A stretch of 64,000 nucleotides of DNA from assembly GCA_902790595.1 (NCBI GenBank), contig CADASL010000005.1, forward strand, positions 28,949 to 92,948, given 5' to 3'. Positions 36,997 through 46,268 of the stretch are shown in pieces. The stretch's first letter is position 1; each line of letters opens with the position of its first letter. The position numbers and the translations under genes are program-made. The DNA comes from an uncultured Bacteroidales bacterium. GTDB taxonomy: Bacteria; Bacteroidota; Bacteroidia; Bacteroidales; SZUA-534. The notes under the pieces were generated by a model. That model worked only from the letters and a program-made list of their open reading frames with translations. It was not told the origin of the DNA and ran no database searches.

Positions 36997-39900
36997 TTAG
37001 AATTTAGCACTAAGGTTCACACCAAAAATGCGGCACGATGGATTTGCGTACAACTCACCGAACTGAGTTGCCAAATCACCTAAAGATTCCTGATTGATCG
37101 TCGTTGTCTCTGGATCAATGTAATGGTTATCTTTAGCTGTCCAGGTGAATACATTGTTGCAGAACAACGAAACTGTGACATCAGAAAGTTTCACAGGTGC
37201 CACCCACTCTTGTGGCAGAGAATAGGCAAGACTGACACTACGAAGTTTTGCATATGAACGGTCAATCAAGTAAGCCTCGCAACCTTTGCCCCAGCCCGAT
37301 TTGTCATAGTAATCTTGATAACTACTGTTAGCCAAATATATTGGCATAGTGTTTTCTGTATAACCGCCGTCTTCAAGTTTAACAACAGAGTTAGGAATTA
37401 CAAACGGATTACGGCCATTGTATGTTGTTTCTATTCCGTTACCAGTAAACTGCATTAAGTTTTTGGTACGCGAGAACATATATCCTCCATACCGAATATC
37501 AAGAGCCGCGCTCAAAGTAATGCCATACGCTGACAAAGCTGTAGTTACACCTCCAGTCCATTTGTTATTGATTGACTTGCCTGTTGATTCTAAGACATCA
37601 CTTATAATTAAATTGCCATTTTCGTCAACAATATATTTACCATCTTCTGTACGTTTAGGCAGATAGGTGTAGAATGTGCCTAATTCAGCATCCTTCTCGG
37701 CATACATGTAAATAGCATCGTTGCCAGCGCCGAAATCGTAGATTGAAATACGACCGCCTTCCAAACCGTCAGGCATTTCCAAAACTTTGTTTCTATTGAT
37801 AGCAAAGTTAAAATCAATATCCCACCGCAAGTTGTTTGTACGAACCGGGGTTGTGTTTACTAACAACTCGAAACCTTGATTACGTACCTTACCAACATTC
37901 TTAACCTCTGCAGAATAACCGCAAGCCGGATCTACAGGGAGCTCGAATATCTGGTCATCGGTTGTGCGGCTATAGAACGAAGCGTCGATACCGAAACGAT
38001 TTTTAAAGAACAGAAGATTCAAACCGAACTCTATTTCTTTTGTCATTTCAGGTTTAAGAGTGGTACTGCCTGCAGTTGACGATGTTACAAAAGCATTTTT
38101 GCCGTTAAGTGGGAAACGGGCAATGTTAGCTCCATAATAACCATCTGCATAACCCTGCTCATATTTGTTGCTTGTGCGATATGGGTCAGTGTCATTACCT
38201 GTCTTACCGAAAGCAAAACGGGCTTTACCAAATGAGAGTACATCACTCTTTGGAAGCACTTTCGTGAAAATCCAGCTTAAAGTAGCACCAGAATAAAAAT
38301 AGCTGTTGGCATTGATTGGAAGAGTTGACGACCAATCGTTACGTGCCGAAATCTCCAGATAAACCATATCGTCCCATCCGAACGTTACATCTCCAAAGAG
38401 GCCTATCGCACGACGTTTCTCTTGCTTCTCTGTAAGAATTGTTTTGGTAGCGCCATTTCCCAACTGCCAGAAACCTGTGCCAATACCCAATTCATCAGTC
38501 TGTCCTGTTGTGCGGGTAAAGTAGCGTTCGTTGACATTGGTACCGAAGTTCAAATTTACATCAAACTTGTCGGCAAAATACTTGTCGGCAAAATTTACAA
38601 TTACATCGTGGTTGAGCTCGTACTTGCGAGAGTATCGTGTATAAACACTTCCACTCTGATTCATATTTGAAGGAGCATAGCCGTAATCTTCATTTATCAG
38701 AGCGTCATCAAGTGCGATTTCCGGCGTACCCGTCTTCTTGTCAAAGTCTGAATAATCGAAACCGTAACGGTAGGTAAGTGTCAAAGCTTCAATAGGGGTA
38801 ACATCCAACTGCAATTTACCGAACACCTGCTTGCCGTCAACGTGTATATAGTTGTTAGCCAATGCCCAATACGGGTTGGTAATACCATAAGGCGTAAAAT
38901 AAGCTTCGGGGGTGAATAAAGGATTTGACAAATCCTTCATATCAACAATTGACACATCGCGCGGCATCTCATACAAACCGTCAATCACTGTTGTTCCTTG
39001 GTCTGTGCCCACTGCATCGGTCTTGGTTCGAGCAAAACTAATGTTTGATGATAACTTGAACCAGCGACCTTCGTCAAATGAACTTACAACAGATATTACA
39101 TTTCGTTTATATCTGTCAGCATCTGATGGCATAATACCATTCTCGTTTGCATTTGCATACGACAAACGATAAGTGAATTTGTTGTCATCAGAAGCTCCGC
39201 TCAAGGCCACATTGTGATTTTGTGTCCAACCAATGTCAAAGAAGTCCTTCACATTGTTCTTTTGCGCCGTGTACTCGTGAATGCGCTGCTGGTAATTCCA
39301 AATAGGGCCATAAATTTGCGTAGAGCCATCGAATTTTGGACCCCAAGAGCCATTTTCTATGAATGTCTGTGTTCCATTCCAACCTTGGCCATAATCATTT
39401 TGAAATTCCGGGAGAGTAGAAACCACACGAGCTTCAACACTACCTGAATATTCAATCATAAAATTCTTATCAGCACCTTTCTTACCTTTTTTAGTGTTGA
39501 TAATGATGACGCCGTTGGCTGCGCGTGAACCGTAAAGTGCGGTAGCAGCTGCGCCTTTCAACACGGTCATCGACTCAATGTTGTCTGAAGCGATGTTAGA
39601 AATACCTGCAGTGGAAATGTTCTTTCCCGTTCCTGAAGTCATCGTATTGTCCATCGGCACACCGTCAACAACATAAAGCGGTTGGTTGCTACCATTGATT
39701 GAGCTGAAACCACGAATTACAATGTTGCTCACAGATCCCGGATCAGATGACGTGCTGTTGACCTGTACACCAGCCACACGACCGGAAAGTGCATTCGCCA
39801 CATTGGTCGTACGGGCTGCAACAATGTCATCACTCTTGACTGTGGTTGCCGCATAACCCAACGTCTTTTCGGCACGGGTGATACCCAACGCTGTTACCAC

Positions 39901-40224
39901 AACCTCTTCCATACCAATGGATTCCGGATCCATTGTCACATTAAACGTGGTGGTACTACCAATTGGCACCTCCTGGGTCTGCATACCCATAAAAGAGAAC
40001 ACCAGCGCCTCGGCGTCAGCCGGAACGTTCAAGGTAAACTTACCATCAAAATCGGTGATTGTTCCCTGTGTAGTGCCCTTCAAAATCACATTGACACCAG
40101 GCAGCGGCAAGTTGTCTTCCGACGAAATAACCGTACCTGTCAATGTTTTGTTTTGAGCATTAACTAATTGTACCCCAAGGAACAGAAGGCTGACAATTAG
40201 CATTGCTATTTTCTTCATAAACAT
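36997..40224 (-). CDS. susC: SusC/RagA-family TonB-dependent outer-membrane transporter
   Basis: 1075 aa with a signal peptide, a carboxypeptidase-regulatory-like N-domain (LTGTVISSEDNLPLPGVNVILKGTTQGTITDFDGKFTL) and a plug (VVVTALGI...). The C-terminus ends in the aromatic F. Confidence 0.93.
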   Translation of the reverse strand: MFMKKIAMLIVSLLFLGVQLVNAQNKTLTGTVISSEDNLPLPGVNVILKGTTQGTITDFDGKFTLNVPADAEALVFSFMGMQTQEVPIGSTTTFNVTMDPESIGMEEVVVTALGITRAEKTLGYAATTVKSDDIVAARTTNVANALSGRVAGVQVNSTSSDPGSVSNIVIRGFSSINGSNQPLYVVDGVPMDNTMTSGTGKNISTAGISNIASDNIESMTVLKGAAATALYGSRAANGVIIINTKKGKKGADKNFMIEYSGSVEARVVSTLPEFQNDYGQGWNGTQTFIENGSWGPKFDGSTQIYGPIWNYQQRIHEYTAQKNNVKDFFDIGWTQNHNVALSGASDDNKFTYRLSYANANENGIMPSDADRYKRNVISVVSSFDEGRWFKLSSNISFARTKTDAVGTDQGTTVIDGLYEMPRDVSIVDMKDLSNPLFTPEAYFTPYGITNPYWALANNYIHVDGKQVFGKLQLDVTPIEALTLTYRYGFDYSDFDKKTGTPEIALDDALINEDYGYAPSNMNQSGSVYTRYSRKYELNHDVIVNFADKYFADKFDVNLNFGTNVNERYFTRTTGQTDELGIGTGFWQLGNGATKTILTEKQEKRRAIGLFGDVTFGWDDMVYLEISARNDWSSTLPINANSYFYSGATLSWIFTKVLPKSDVLSFGKARFAFGKTGNDTDPYRTSNKYEQGYADGYYGANIARFPLNGKNAFVTSSTAGSTTLKPEMTKEIEFGLNLLFFKNRFGIDASFYSRTTDDQIFELPVDPACGYSAEVKNVGKVRNQGFELLVNTTPVRTNNLRWDIDFNFAINRNKVLEMPDGLEGGRISIYDFGAGNDAIYMYAEKDAELGTFYTYLPKRTEDGKYIVDENGNLIISDVLESTGKSINNKWTGGVTTALSAYGITLSAALDIRYGGYMFSRTKNLMQFTGNGIETTYNGRNPFVIPNSVVKLEDGGYTENTMPIYLANSSYQDYYDKSGWGKGCEAYLIDRSYAKLRSVSLAYSLPQEWVAPVKLSDVTVSLFCNNVFTWTAKDNHYIDPETTTINQESLGDLATQFGELYANPSCRIFGVNLSAKF

Positions 40225-40383
40225 TATGAATTTTAATTAAACTAATAGTTGCTTTACAAAAGCACAAAGGAAAGAAAATTTCATTTATCTGCACAATCTT
40301 TTTACAAACTGAATAAAAATACAAGAGATTTACGTAAAAAAGAGAAAATACCGACACTGACATTAACAAAATCAGTTTTTTAT

Positions 40384-40391
40384 TACTTTTG
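40384..40391 (+). promoter_or_regulatory. Possible Bacteroides -7 promoter box (TACTTTTG)
   Basis: It matches TAnnTTTG and lies 30 nt upstream of the ATG at 40421. I found no clear -33 TTTG. Confidence 0.3.
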
Positions 40392-40420
40392 CATTATTAA
40401 AAAATAATAAAAGGTTTAAA

Positions 40421-41545
40421 ATGCAGATTAATCCATTCATAATCAGTGGGTACGTATCGGAAAGGTATTTCTGCGGGAGAGAAAAAGAAACGCAAGAACT
40501 GATACAGGAGATTACAGATGGCAACAATGTGGCCATAATCGCCACAAGGCGTATGGGTAAAAGCGACCTAATTAGACACGTATTCAATCAGAGCGAAATC
40601 TGTGCGTCGTACTACACTTTTTATGTTGACATATACGCAACACGCACTTTGCGAGAATTTGTGTACCTACTTAGCAAAGAGATTGTTGATGAATTAAAGC
40701 CACAAGGACAGAAGTCAATCAGCCGGTTCTGGAATTACATAAAATCAATTCAGGCAGGAGTCTCATTCGGTCCGACAGGCGAACCGTCATTCAACCTTCA
40801 ACTTGGCGATCTACAACAACCAGAGACAACCCTCGATGAAATTTTCAAATATCTGCAAACGGCCGACAAACCTTGCATTGTAGCCATCGATGAGTTTCAA
40901 CAAACGGCTCTCTATCCTGAAAAGAACATTGAAGCAATACTGCGCACATACATTCAAAAATGCTCAAATGCAAAATTCATCTTCGCTGGCAGCCAGCGAC
41001 ACCTGATGGGACAGATGTTCACAAGTGCATCACGCCCGTTCTACCAAAGCGTTTCGATAATGAACATCGGCCCGATAGATATTGACAAATACAAAACTTT
41101 CGCCGTCCATCATTTCGAGGATGTTGGCAAAAAACTTGATACCGAAACAGTTGACAAGGTTTTTGCTGTTTGCCATAACATCACTTGGTATGTTCAAAAA
41201 ATGTTCAGCATATTATACTCAAGAACAAGCAGAGGGGAAACTTGCCGTCCCGATATGGTTATGCCAACACTCGCTTACATTTTATCGACTTTGGACTATA
41301 CCTATAAAGAAACGTTGTTCAGAATGCCCAAAAAGCAGAAAGAAGTTTTTGTGGCCATCGCCAAAGAGGGCGAAGCAAAAAACATCACATCCGGTTCATT
41401 TGTAAAGAAATACAAATTACCGTCGCCAAGCACTGTGCAAGCAGCCGTCAAAGGACTGCTCGAAAACGATTATCTAACGCACGAATTAGGCGTTTACACC
41501 GTTTACGACCTGTTTTTGGGTTATTGGATACAGAGGAATTATTAG
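40421..41545 (+). CDS. AAA+ ATPase of the archaeal-ATPase type (ATP-binding protein)
   Basis: 374 aa with FCGREKETQELIQEI...VAIIATRRMGKSDLI (Walker A) and IVAIDEFQ (Walker B). It is a paralogue type of 32046-33479. Confidence 0.8.
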   Translation: MQINPFIISGYVSERYFCGREKETQELIQEITDGNNVAIIATRRMGKSDLIRHVFNQSEICASYYTFYVDIYATRTLREFVYLLSKEIVDELKPQGQKSISRFWNYIKSIQAGVSFGPTGEPSFNLQLGDLQQPETTLDEIFKYLQTADKPCIVAIDEFQQTALYPEKNIEAILRTYIQKCSNAKFIFAGSQRHLMGQMFTSASRPFYQSVSIMNIGPIDIDKYKTFAVHHFEDVGKKLDTETVDKVFAVCHNITWYVQKMFSILYSRTSRGETCRPDMVMPTLAYILSTLDYTYKETLFRMPKKQKEVFVAIAKEGEAKNITSGSFVKKYKLPSPSTVQAAVKGLLENDYLTHELGVYTVYDLFLGYWIQRNY

Positions 41546-41552
41546 TGGTTCA

Positions 41553-43853
41553 TCAATCCACCACTTGAAGTTTGGCGAATTTCAGAAGCAGTTTTTTCTC
41601 ACCGGCTTTTGGGAAGAAAATGATGGCTGCACGGCTGTCGGCCTCGCCTTCCATACGGAGGACCTTGCCCTGACCGAACATTGAGTGCAAAACTGTTGCT
41701 CCGGCGCGCACTTTGTCAATCGGCGAAGGAACAATGCCTGCCGATGATGCCGACGGCTGACGGAGCTGCTGCAAACGCTGCCGGGCCGCAAACGAGGCCC
41801 CCATCGGTGCTTTTGTCTGCCCGAACGAGCTGGAACCGAAAGAGCTGGAACCAAACGTGGGGCGGCCCATTGTGCCCGTTCCCGACGACATTTGTGAGAG
41901 ATATTGCGGGTCGATGTCTTTGATGAAACGACTTGGCGTAACCGACTCGCGGGCGCCGCCATACTTCGAGCGGCTGCGGCTAAAAGTGATGGTTGCCTGT
42001 TGCATTGCGCGCGTCAGTGCCACATAGAAGAGCCTTCGCTCCTCCTCAAGCTCGTGCTGGCTGTAAACCGACATTGCCGACGGGAAAAGCCCCTCTTCCA
42101 TACCTACTATATATACGTAAGGGAACTCCAGTCCTTTTGCCGAATGGATGGTCATCAGCGTCACACTGTCGGTGCCTTCGGTGCGCTTGTTGTCCTGGTC
42201 GGTGATGAGCGCCACGTTTTCAAGGAATCCGGCCAACAGCGGAGTATTGCTTTCGGTATAGTTTGCGGCCACATAGTCATCGATGCCGCGCATAAGTTCC
42301 TCAATATTCTCAAGGCGGCTGCGGTCCTCAACATCATCAGAGCCCTGATACTCGTTTTTGATTCCCGCACGGTCAATAATCTCGCGCGCCATATCGCTGG
42401 CGTTCACCGTTCCGACATTTGCCACAAACGACTCGATGAGTTCGATGAAAGCATTGACTTTGGCCGTTGTGCCTTTGTTGAACCCGATTGCCTCCATTGC
42501 CATCGGGTTGGTAATCACGCTCCACATACTGCACTTGCCGTCGAAAGCTGCGTGGGCGATTTTCTCGACAGTTGTCTCACCAATGCCTCGTGCCGGATAG
42601 TTGATTATTCGGCGCAGAGCCTCATCATCGTTATGATTGACGGTCAGTCGCATATAAGCGATGGCGTCTTTCACCTCCTTACGCTGGTAGAACGACTGTC
42701 CGCCGTAGATTTTATAAGCGATGTTGCGCTTGCGAAGGGCCTCCTCGAAAGTCCGGCTCTGAGCGTTGGTGCGGTACAGAACGGCGAAATCGCTATAATG
42801 ACAGTGCAGGTTGGCGATTTTTGCAAAAATGTCGCCCACCACGTTGTAGCTCTCCTCAATCTCTGTCATTGCGGCCATCACGCGGATTGGCTCGCCCTCA
42901 TCCTTCTCCGAGAAAACATCTTTCGGAATCTGGTGTTCGTTCTTCTTTATCAGGCTGTTAGCCGCTGAAACAATGTTTTGCGTCGAGCGGTAGTTCTGCT
43001 CCAGTTTGAACAACTTGCACTGCGGATAATCGTTGCGGAAATTCAAGATGTTCTCGATTTTTGCGCCACGGAACGAATAGATGCTCTGCGCGTCGTCGCC
43101 CACCACACAAATATTCTGGTGCTGTTGTGCCAACTTTTTGATTATCAAATACTGGGCATAATTGGTATCTTGATACTCATCGACCAAAACATATTTGAAT
43201 TTGTTCTGATACTTATCGAGCACATCGGGATTGTCGCGGAACAAAATGTTGGTATAGAGCAGCAAATCGTCGAAATCCATTGCCGCCGACTGACGGCAGC
43301 GCGCCACATACCTCGAATAAATCTCACCGATGAGCGGCATCCGGTTGGCGTTGTCGGTGGCCATAAGCTCGGCGTTGGTGCGATAGACTTCGGCCGTCAC
43401 CAAATTGTTCTTGGCCATCGATATGCGGCTCATTATATGATTGATTTTATACACCTTATCATCAAGTCGCAAATCTTTCACTATCGATTTCACAAGACTT
43501 TTTGAATCGGCCGTATCGTAGATGGTGTACGCTGACGGGAAACCCAGTCTCTCGTGCTCAACGCGCAGAATCTGGTTGAAAATGGAGTGGAACGTGCCCA
43601 TTGTGAGCTTAGCCGCGTCCTGCTCGCCAACCAACTGCGCAATACGTTTCTGCATCTCGCGCGCGGCCTTGTTGGTGAAGGTCAGCGCCAGAATGTTCCA
43701 GGGTTTGACGCCCGTTGCCAGCAGGTGAGCAATGCGGTATGTGAGTACGCGGGTTTTGCCCGAGCCGGCACCGGCCACAATCAGGCAAGGACCTTGTGTG
43801 GCCTGGACAGCCGTGCGCTGCACGTCGTTGAGTTGGTCGAGGTAATTCTCCAT
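41553..43853 (-). CDS. UvrD/PcrA/Rep-family ATP-dependent DNA helicase
   Basis: 766 aa with LNDVQRTAVQATQGPCLIVAGAGSGKTRVLTYRIAHL, VLVDEYQDTN, TIHSAKGLEF and YVALTRA. Confidence 0.93.
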   Translation of the reverse strand: MENYLDQLNDVQRTAVQATQGPCLIVAGAGSGKTRVLTYRIAHLLATGVKPWNILALTFTNKAAREMQKRIAQLVGEQDAAKLTMGTFHSIFNQILRVEHERLGFPSAYTIYDTADSKSLVKSIVKDLRLDDKVYKINHIMSRISMAKNNLVTAEVYRTNAELMATDNANRMPLIGEIYSRYVARCRQSAAMDFDDLLLYTNILFRDNPDVLDKYQNKFKYVLVDEYQDTNYAQYLIIKKLAQQHQNICVVGDDAQSIYSFRGAKIENILNFRNDYPQCKLFKLEQNYRSTQNIVSAANSLIKKNEHQIPKDVFSEKDEGEPIRVMAAMTEIEESYNVVGDIFAKIANLHCHYSDFAVLYRTNAQSRTFEEALRKRNIAYKIYGGQSFYQRKEVKDAIAYMRLTVNHNDDEALRRIINYPARGIGETTVEKIAHAAFDGKCSMWSVITNPMAMEAIGFNKGTTAKVNAFIELIESFVANVGTVNASDMAREIIDRAGIKNEYQGSDDVEDRSRLENIEELMRGIDDYVAANYTESNTPLLAGFLENVALITDQDNKRTEGTDSVTLMTIHSAKGLEFPYVYIVGMEEGLFPSAMSVYSQHELEEERRLFYVALTRAMQQATITFSRSRSKYGGARESVTPSRFIKDIDPQYLSQMSSGTGTMGRPTFGSSSFGSSSFGQTKAPMGASFAARQRLQQLRQPSASSAGIVPSPIDKVRAGATVLHSMFGQGKVLRMEGEADSRAAIIFFPKAGEKKLLLKFAKLQVVD

Positions 43854-44014
43854 TATCGAAGGTTTCTGACAGCGGCAAATTACGGCAAAAAAGTTATGCG
43901 AATGGAAATGCCGGCAGACATAGTTTTTAACAATGCGGCAAATCGTATCATTTGCCCTAATTTTTATAATATTGCACGCGATTTTGAGTTATAGCTATCG
44001 ACAAGATTTTCGAG

Positions 44015-45406
44015 ATGAACAGACCCGGACTAACATTTTTGCTTCTCACCAGCCTGATACTGTTGGGCGGCAGCGCATTTTCGCAAATCACGGCCAACGC
44101 CAACCGGTCTGACACCACAACATACCAAACCGACTCCATAGCCAACGACCCCATCTTCATCTACTACTCCGACCCGCGCGGTTTCAGCACTACAGGAACT
44201 CTGACTGCCGAGGTTCCCGACAGCACAAACCTCACTTTCAAATGGTTCCGCTACAACGAGCGCACGTCGGCTTTCGACATCGCACTGAAAACAGAAAGCG
44301 GTGTCTCGCGCTCCGAAAAGAGCGATTGCACCCAGGGCGGCTATATGGTTACCGTGCAGAACGATTCCTGCACCTGGGACACAACATTTTACGCTTGGGT
44401 TTTCCAGAACGAGTTCAATGTGAGCGCGATAAATGTCTATAACTCGACCTGCGAGATTATGGAGCTTCGCACCACAATGGCCTACGACGAGGAGTTTGAA
44501 TATTACGACCGTGTGAGCGGCGCGCCACTCACCTATTTCAGCGACAACATCAAGTTTATGAAATTCCGCTGGGAATCGACTCCGTCGGCCGGACAGATTC
44601 CATCGGTGAAAAACCCGTCTTTCGCCGCGCCCACCAAGCCCACCGTCTTCCGCTTGACGGTTGAAGACTCACACGGCGAGAGCCGCACCAAAAAGCTTGA
44701 AATTGAAGAAGGTGACGACAACGGCGACGGCAACCTCTATCTGAAGGCCGTGAAGGCGAGGTTCACTGCGAGCCGCAGCTTTGTGCCCACCGAGGAAACC
44801 GACAGCTCGGGACAGGCGCCTCTGACGGTGCAGTTTATCGATGATTCGGAAAACGCCACCGAATGGTGCTGGCATTTCTACAAACCCGAAGACCGCCGCC
44901 GCGACGAGGCCGACTCACTGCTGATGGACTCCATCACAACGCAGTATCTGCCCGATTCTATTCGATACACGCGCCCCAACGAGCAATACGGCTACGATGT
45001 GGCACTGACAGTGAAAGGTCCGGTTTATATGGTTGACGGCGGGCAGCACCAATGCGTCGACAGGCTGCTGAAACGTGAATATATCAACGTTGACTCGTCG
45101 TTCATTGCCAAGAACCCCGATATTCCAAACGCCTTCACTCCCGGCGGCGCTAACCCTGTGTTCAAGTTCACCGATGAGACAATGCCAAAGTCAATCCGCC
45201 ATTTCGAGATTAAGATTTACGACCGTTGGGGAATGAGAATCTACAGCTACGAAGACAGCGACGGCAGCTGGGAAGGCTGGGACGGCAGCACGTTCGGCTT
45301 TGGCGACGCTCCGGCCGGCGTCTATTTCTACACCATCTACGCCGAAGGCTGGAACAATGAGAAATTCCGCCGCAAAGGCTACGTGCACCTGTTCCGAGGT
45401 AAATAG
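44015..45406 (+). CDS. Secreted protein with T9SS type-B (gliding-motility-associated) C-terminal sorting domain
   Basis: 463 aa with a signal peptide (LLLTSLILLGGSAFSQ). The C-terminus reads IPNAFTPGGANPVFKF...IKIYDRWGMRIYSY...WDGS...APAGVYFYTI...KGYVHLFR. Confidence 0.8.
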   Translation: MNRPGLTFLLLTSLILLGGSAFSQITANANRSDTTTYQTDSIANDPIFIYYSDPRGFSTTGTLTAEVPDSTNLTFKWFRYNERTSAFDIALKTESGVSRSEKSDCTQGGYMVTVQNDSCTWDTTFYAWVFQNEFNVSAINVYNSTCEIMELRTTMAYDEEFEYYDRVSGAPLTYFSDNIKFMKFRWESTPSAGQIPSVKNPSFAAPTKPTVFRLTVEDSHGESRTKKLEIEEGDDNGDGNLYLKAVKARFTASRSFVPTEETDSSGQAPLTVQFIDDSENATEWCWHFYKPEDRRRDEADSLLMDSITTQYLPDSIRYTRPNEQYGYDVALTVKGPVYMVDGGQHQCVDRLLKREYINVDSSFIAKNPDIPNAFTPGGANPVFKFTDETMPKSIRHFEIKIYDRWGMRIYSYEDSDGSWEGWDGSTFGFGDAPAGVYFYTIYAEGWNNEKFRRKGYVHLFRGK

Positions 45407-45509
45407 ACTTCGGACAACAGACTTCAGACTATATGAATTAGAAAATCGAAGAGCTGGTAAATCAAAGACCGGAATCGACGATTACTCCTTCAATCTTTCA
45501 TCCCGATAA

Positions 45510-46178
45510 CTATCGGGACTTCAATCCTTCAGTTATTCGTCCGTCCTGCATTGTAATGGTGCGGTCCGACATTTGGGCCAGGCTCATATCGTGGGTGACG
45601 ATGACGAATGTCTGATTGAATTTGTCGCGCAAATCGAAGAAGAGTCGGTGCAGTTCCTCTTTGTTCATTGTGTCGAGGTTGCCCGACGGCTCATCAGCCA
45701 GAATAACTTCGGGACCGTTGATTAGGGCGCGGGCCACGGCCACACGCTGCTGCTCACCGCCCGACATTTCGCGAGGTTTGTGGTTCAGCCGGTGGCCAAG
45801 ATTCAGATACTCAAGCAACTCAATGGCTCGGGCCTCGCACTGCTTGCGCGTTCCGTTGTTTATCAGGGCCGGAATCATTACATTCTCTACCGCCGTAAAC
45901 TCGGGCAACAGCTGATGACCTTGAAAGACAAATCCCAAGTTGCGGTTGCGGAACTTCGACAACTCCTTCTCCGACAGTGCCGTGACCTCAACGCCGCCAA
46001 TTGTCACCCGGCCGCTGTCGGGGCGCAGAAGCGTTCCAACAATCTGCAACAGCGTGGTCTTGCCCGCGCCGCTCTTGCCCACTATCGAGACAATCTCGCC
46101 CTTTGCCACCTCAAGATTGATGCCCTTCAAAACCTCAACCTCGCCATACGACTTGTGAATATCAGAAATGCTAATCAT
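45510..46178 (-). CDS. ABC transporter ATP-binding protein (LolD/MacB-type ATPase)
   Basis: 222 aa with [27 protein letters not shown] and [11 protein letters not shown]. Confidence 0.9.
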   Translation of the reverse strand: MISISDIHKSYGEVEVLKGINLEVAKGEIVSIVGKSGAGKTTLLQIVGTLLRPDSGRVTIGGVEVTALSEKELSKFRNRNLGFVFQGHQLLPEFTAVENVMIPALINNGTRKQCEARAIELLEYLNLGHRLNHKPREMSGGEQQRVAVARALINGPEVILADEPSGNLDTMNKEELHRLFFDLRDKFNQTFVIVTHDMSLAQMSDRTITMQDGRITEGLKSR

Positions 46179-46214
46179 ACCGTGTCATTTATGCCGTAAA
46201 GATAAAGTGTTGGC

Positions 46215-46247
46215 GCAAAAAAGAAAAGGCCACCTTGCGGTAGCCTT
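46215..46247 (-). terminator. Rho-independent terminator downstream of secDF
   Basis: The minus strand reads aaggctacc-gcaa-ggtggcctt followed by ttcttttttg. The 9-bp stem has one G-U pair (46226-46234 / 46239-46247). Confidence 0.7.
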
Positions 46248-46268
46248 CTCAAAAAATTCAATCAAATT

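Noticed and set aside
40160-40587. 69-aa and 71-aa minus-strand ORFs in or next to the susC / ATPase divergent intergenic region
   Set aside because: One overlaps the susC start region and the other the 5' end of the ATPase gene. Both are AT-rich, hydrophobic low-complexity translations, so they are most likely spurious.
41904-42968. 354-aa plus-strand ORF (and 42978-43505, 43554-43994) inside the UvrD/PcrA helicase gene
   Set aside because: It is antisense to a helicase with all the canonical motifs and has no motifs of its own.
45407-45509. Convergent intergenic region between the T9SS-cargo gene and the ABC ATPase gene, inspected for a bidirectional terminator
   Set aside because: No stable GC-rich stem followed by a T-run could be found by eye, so it is not reported as a feature.
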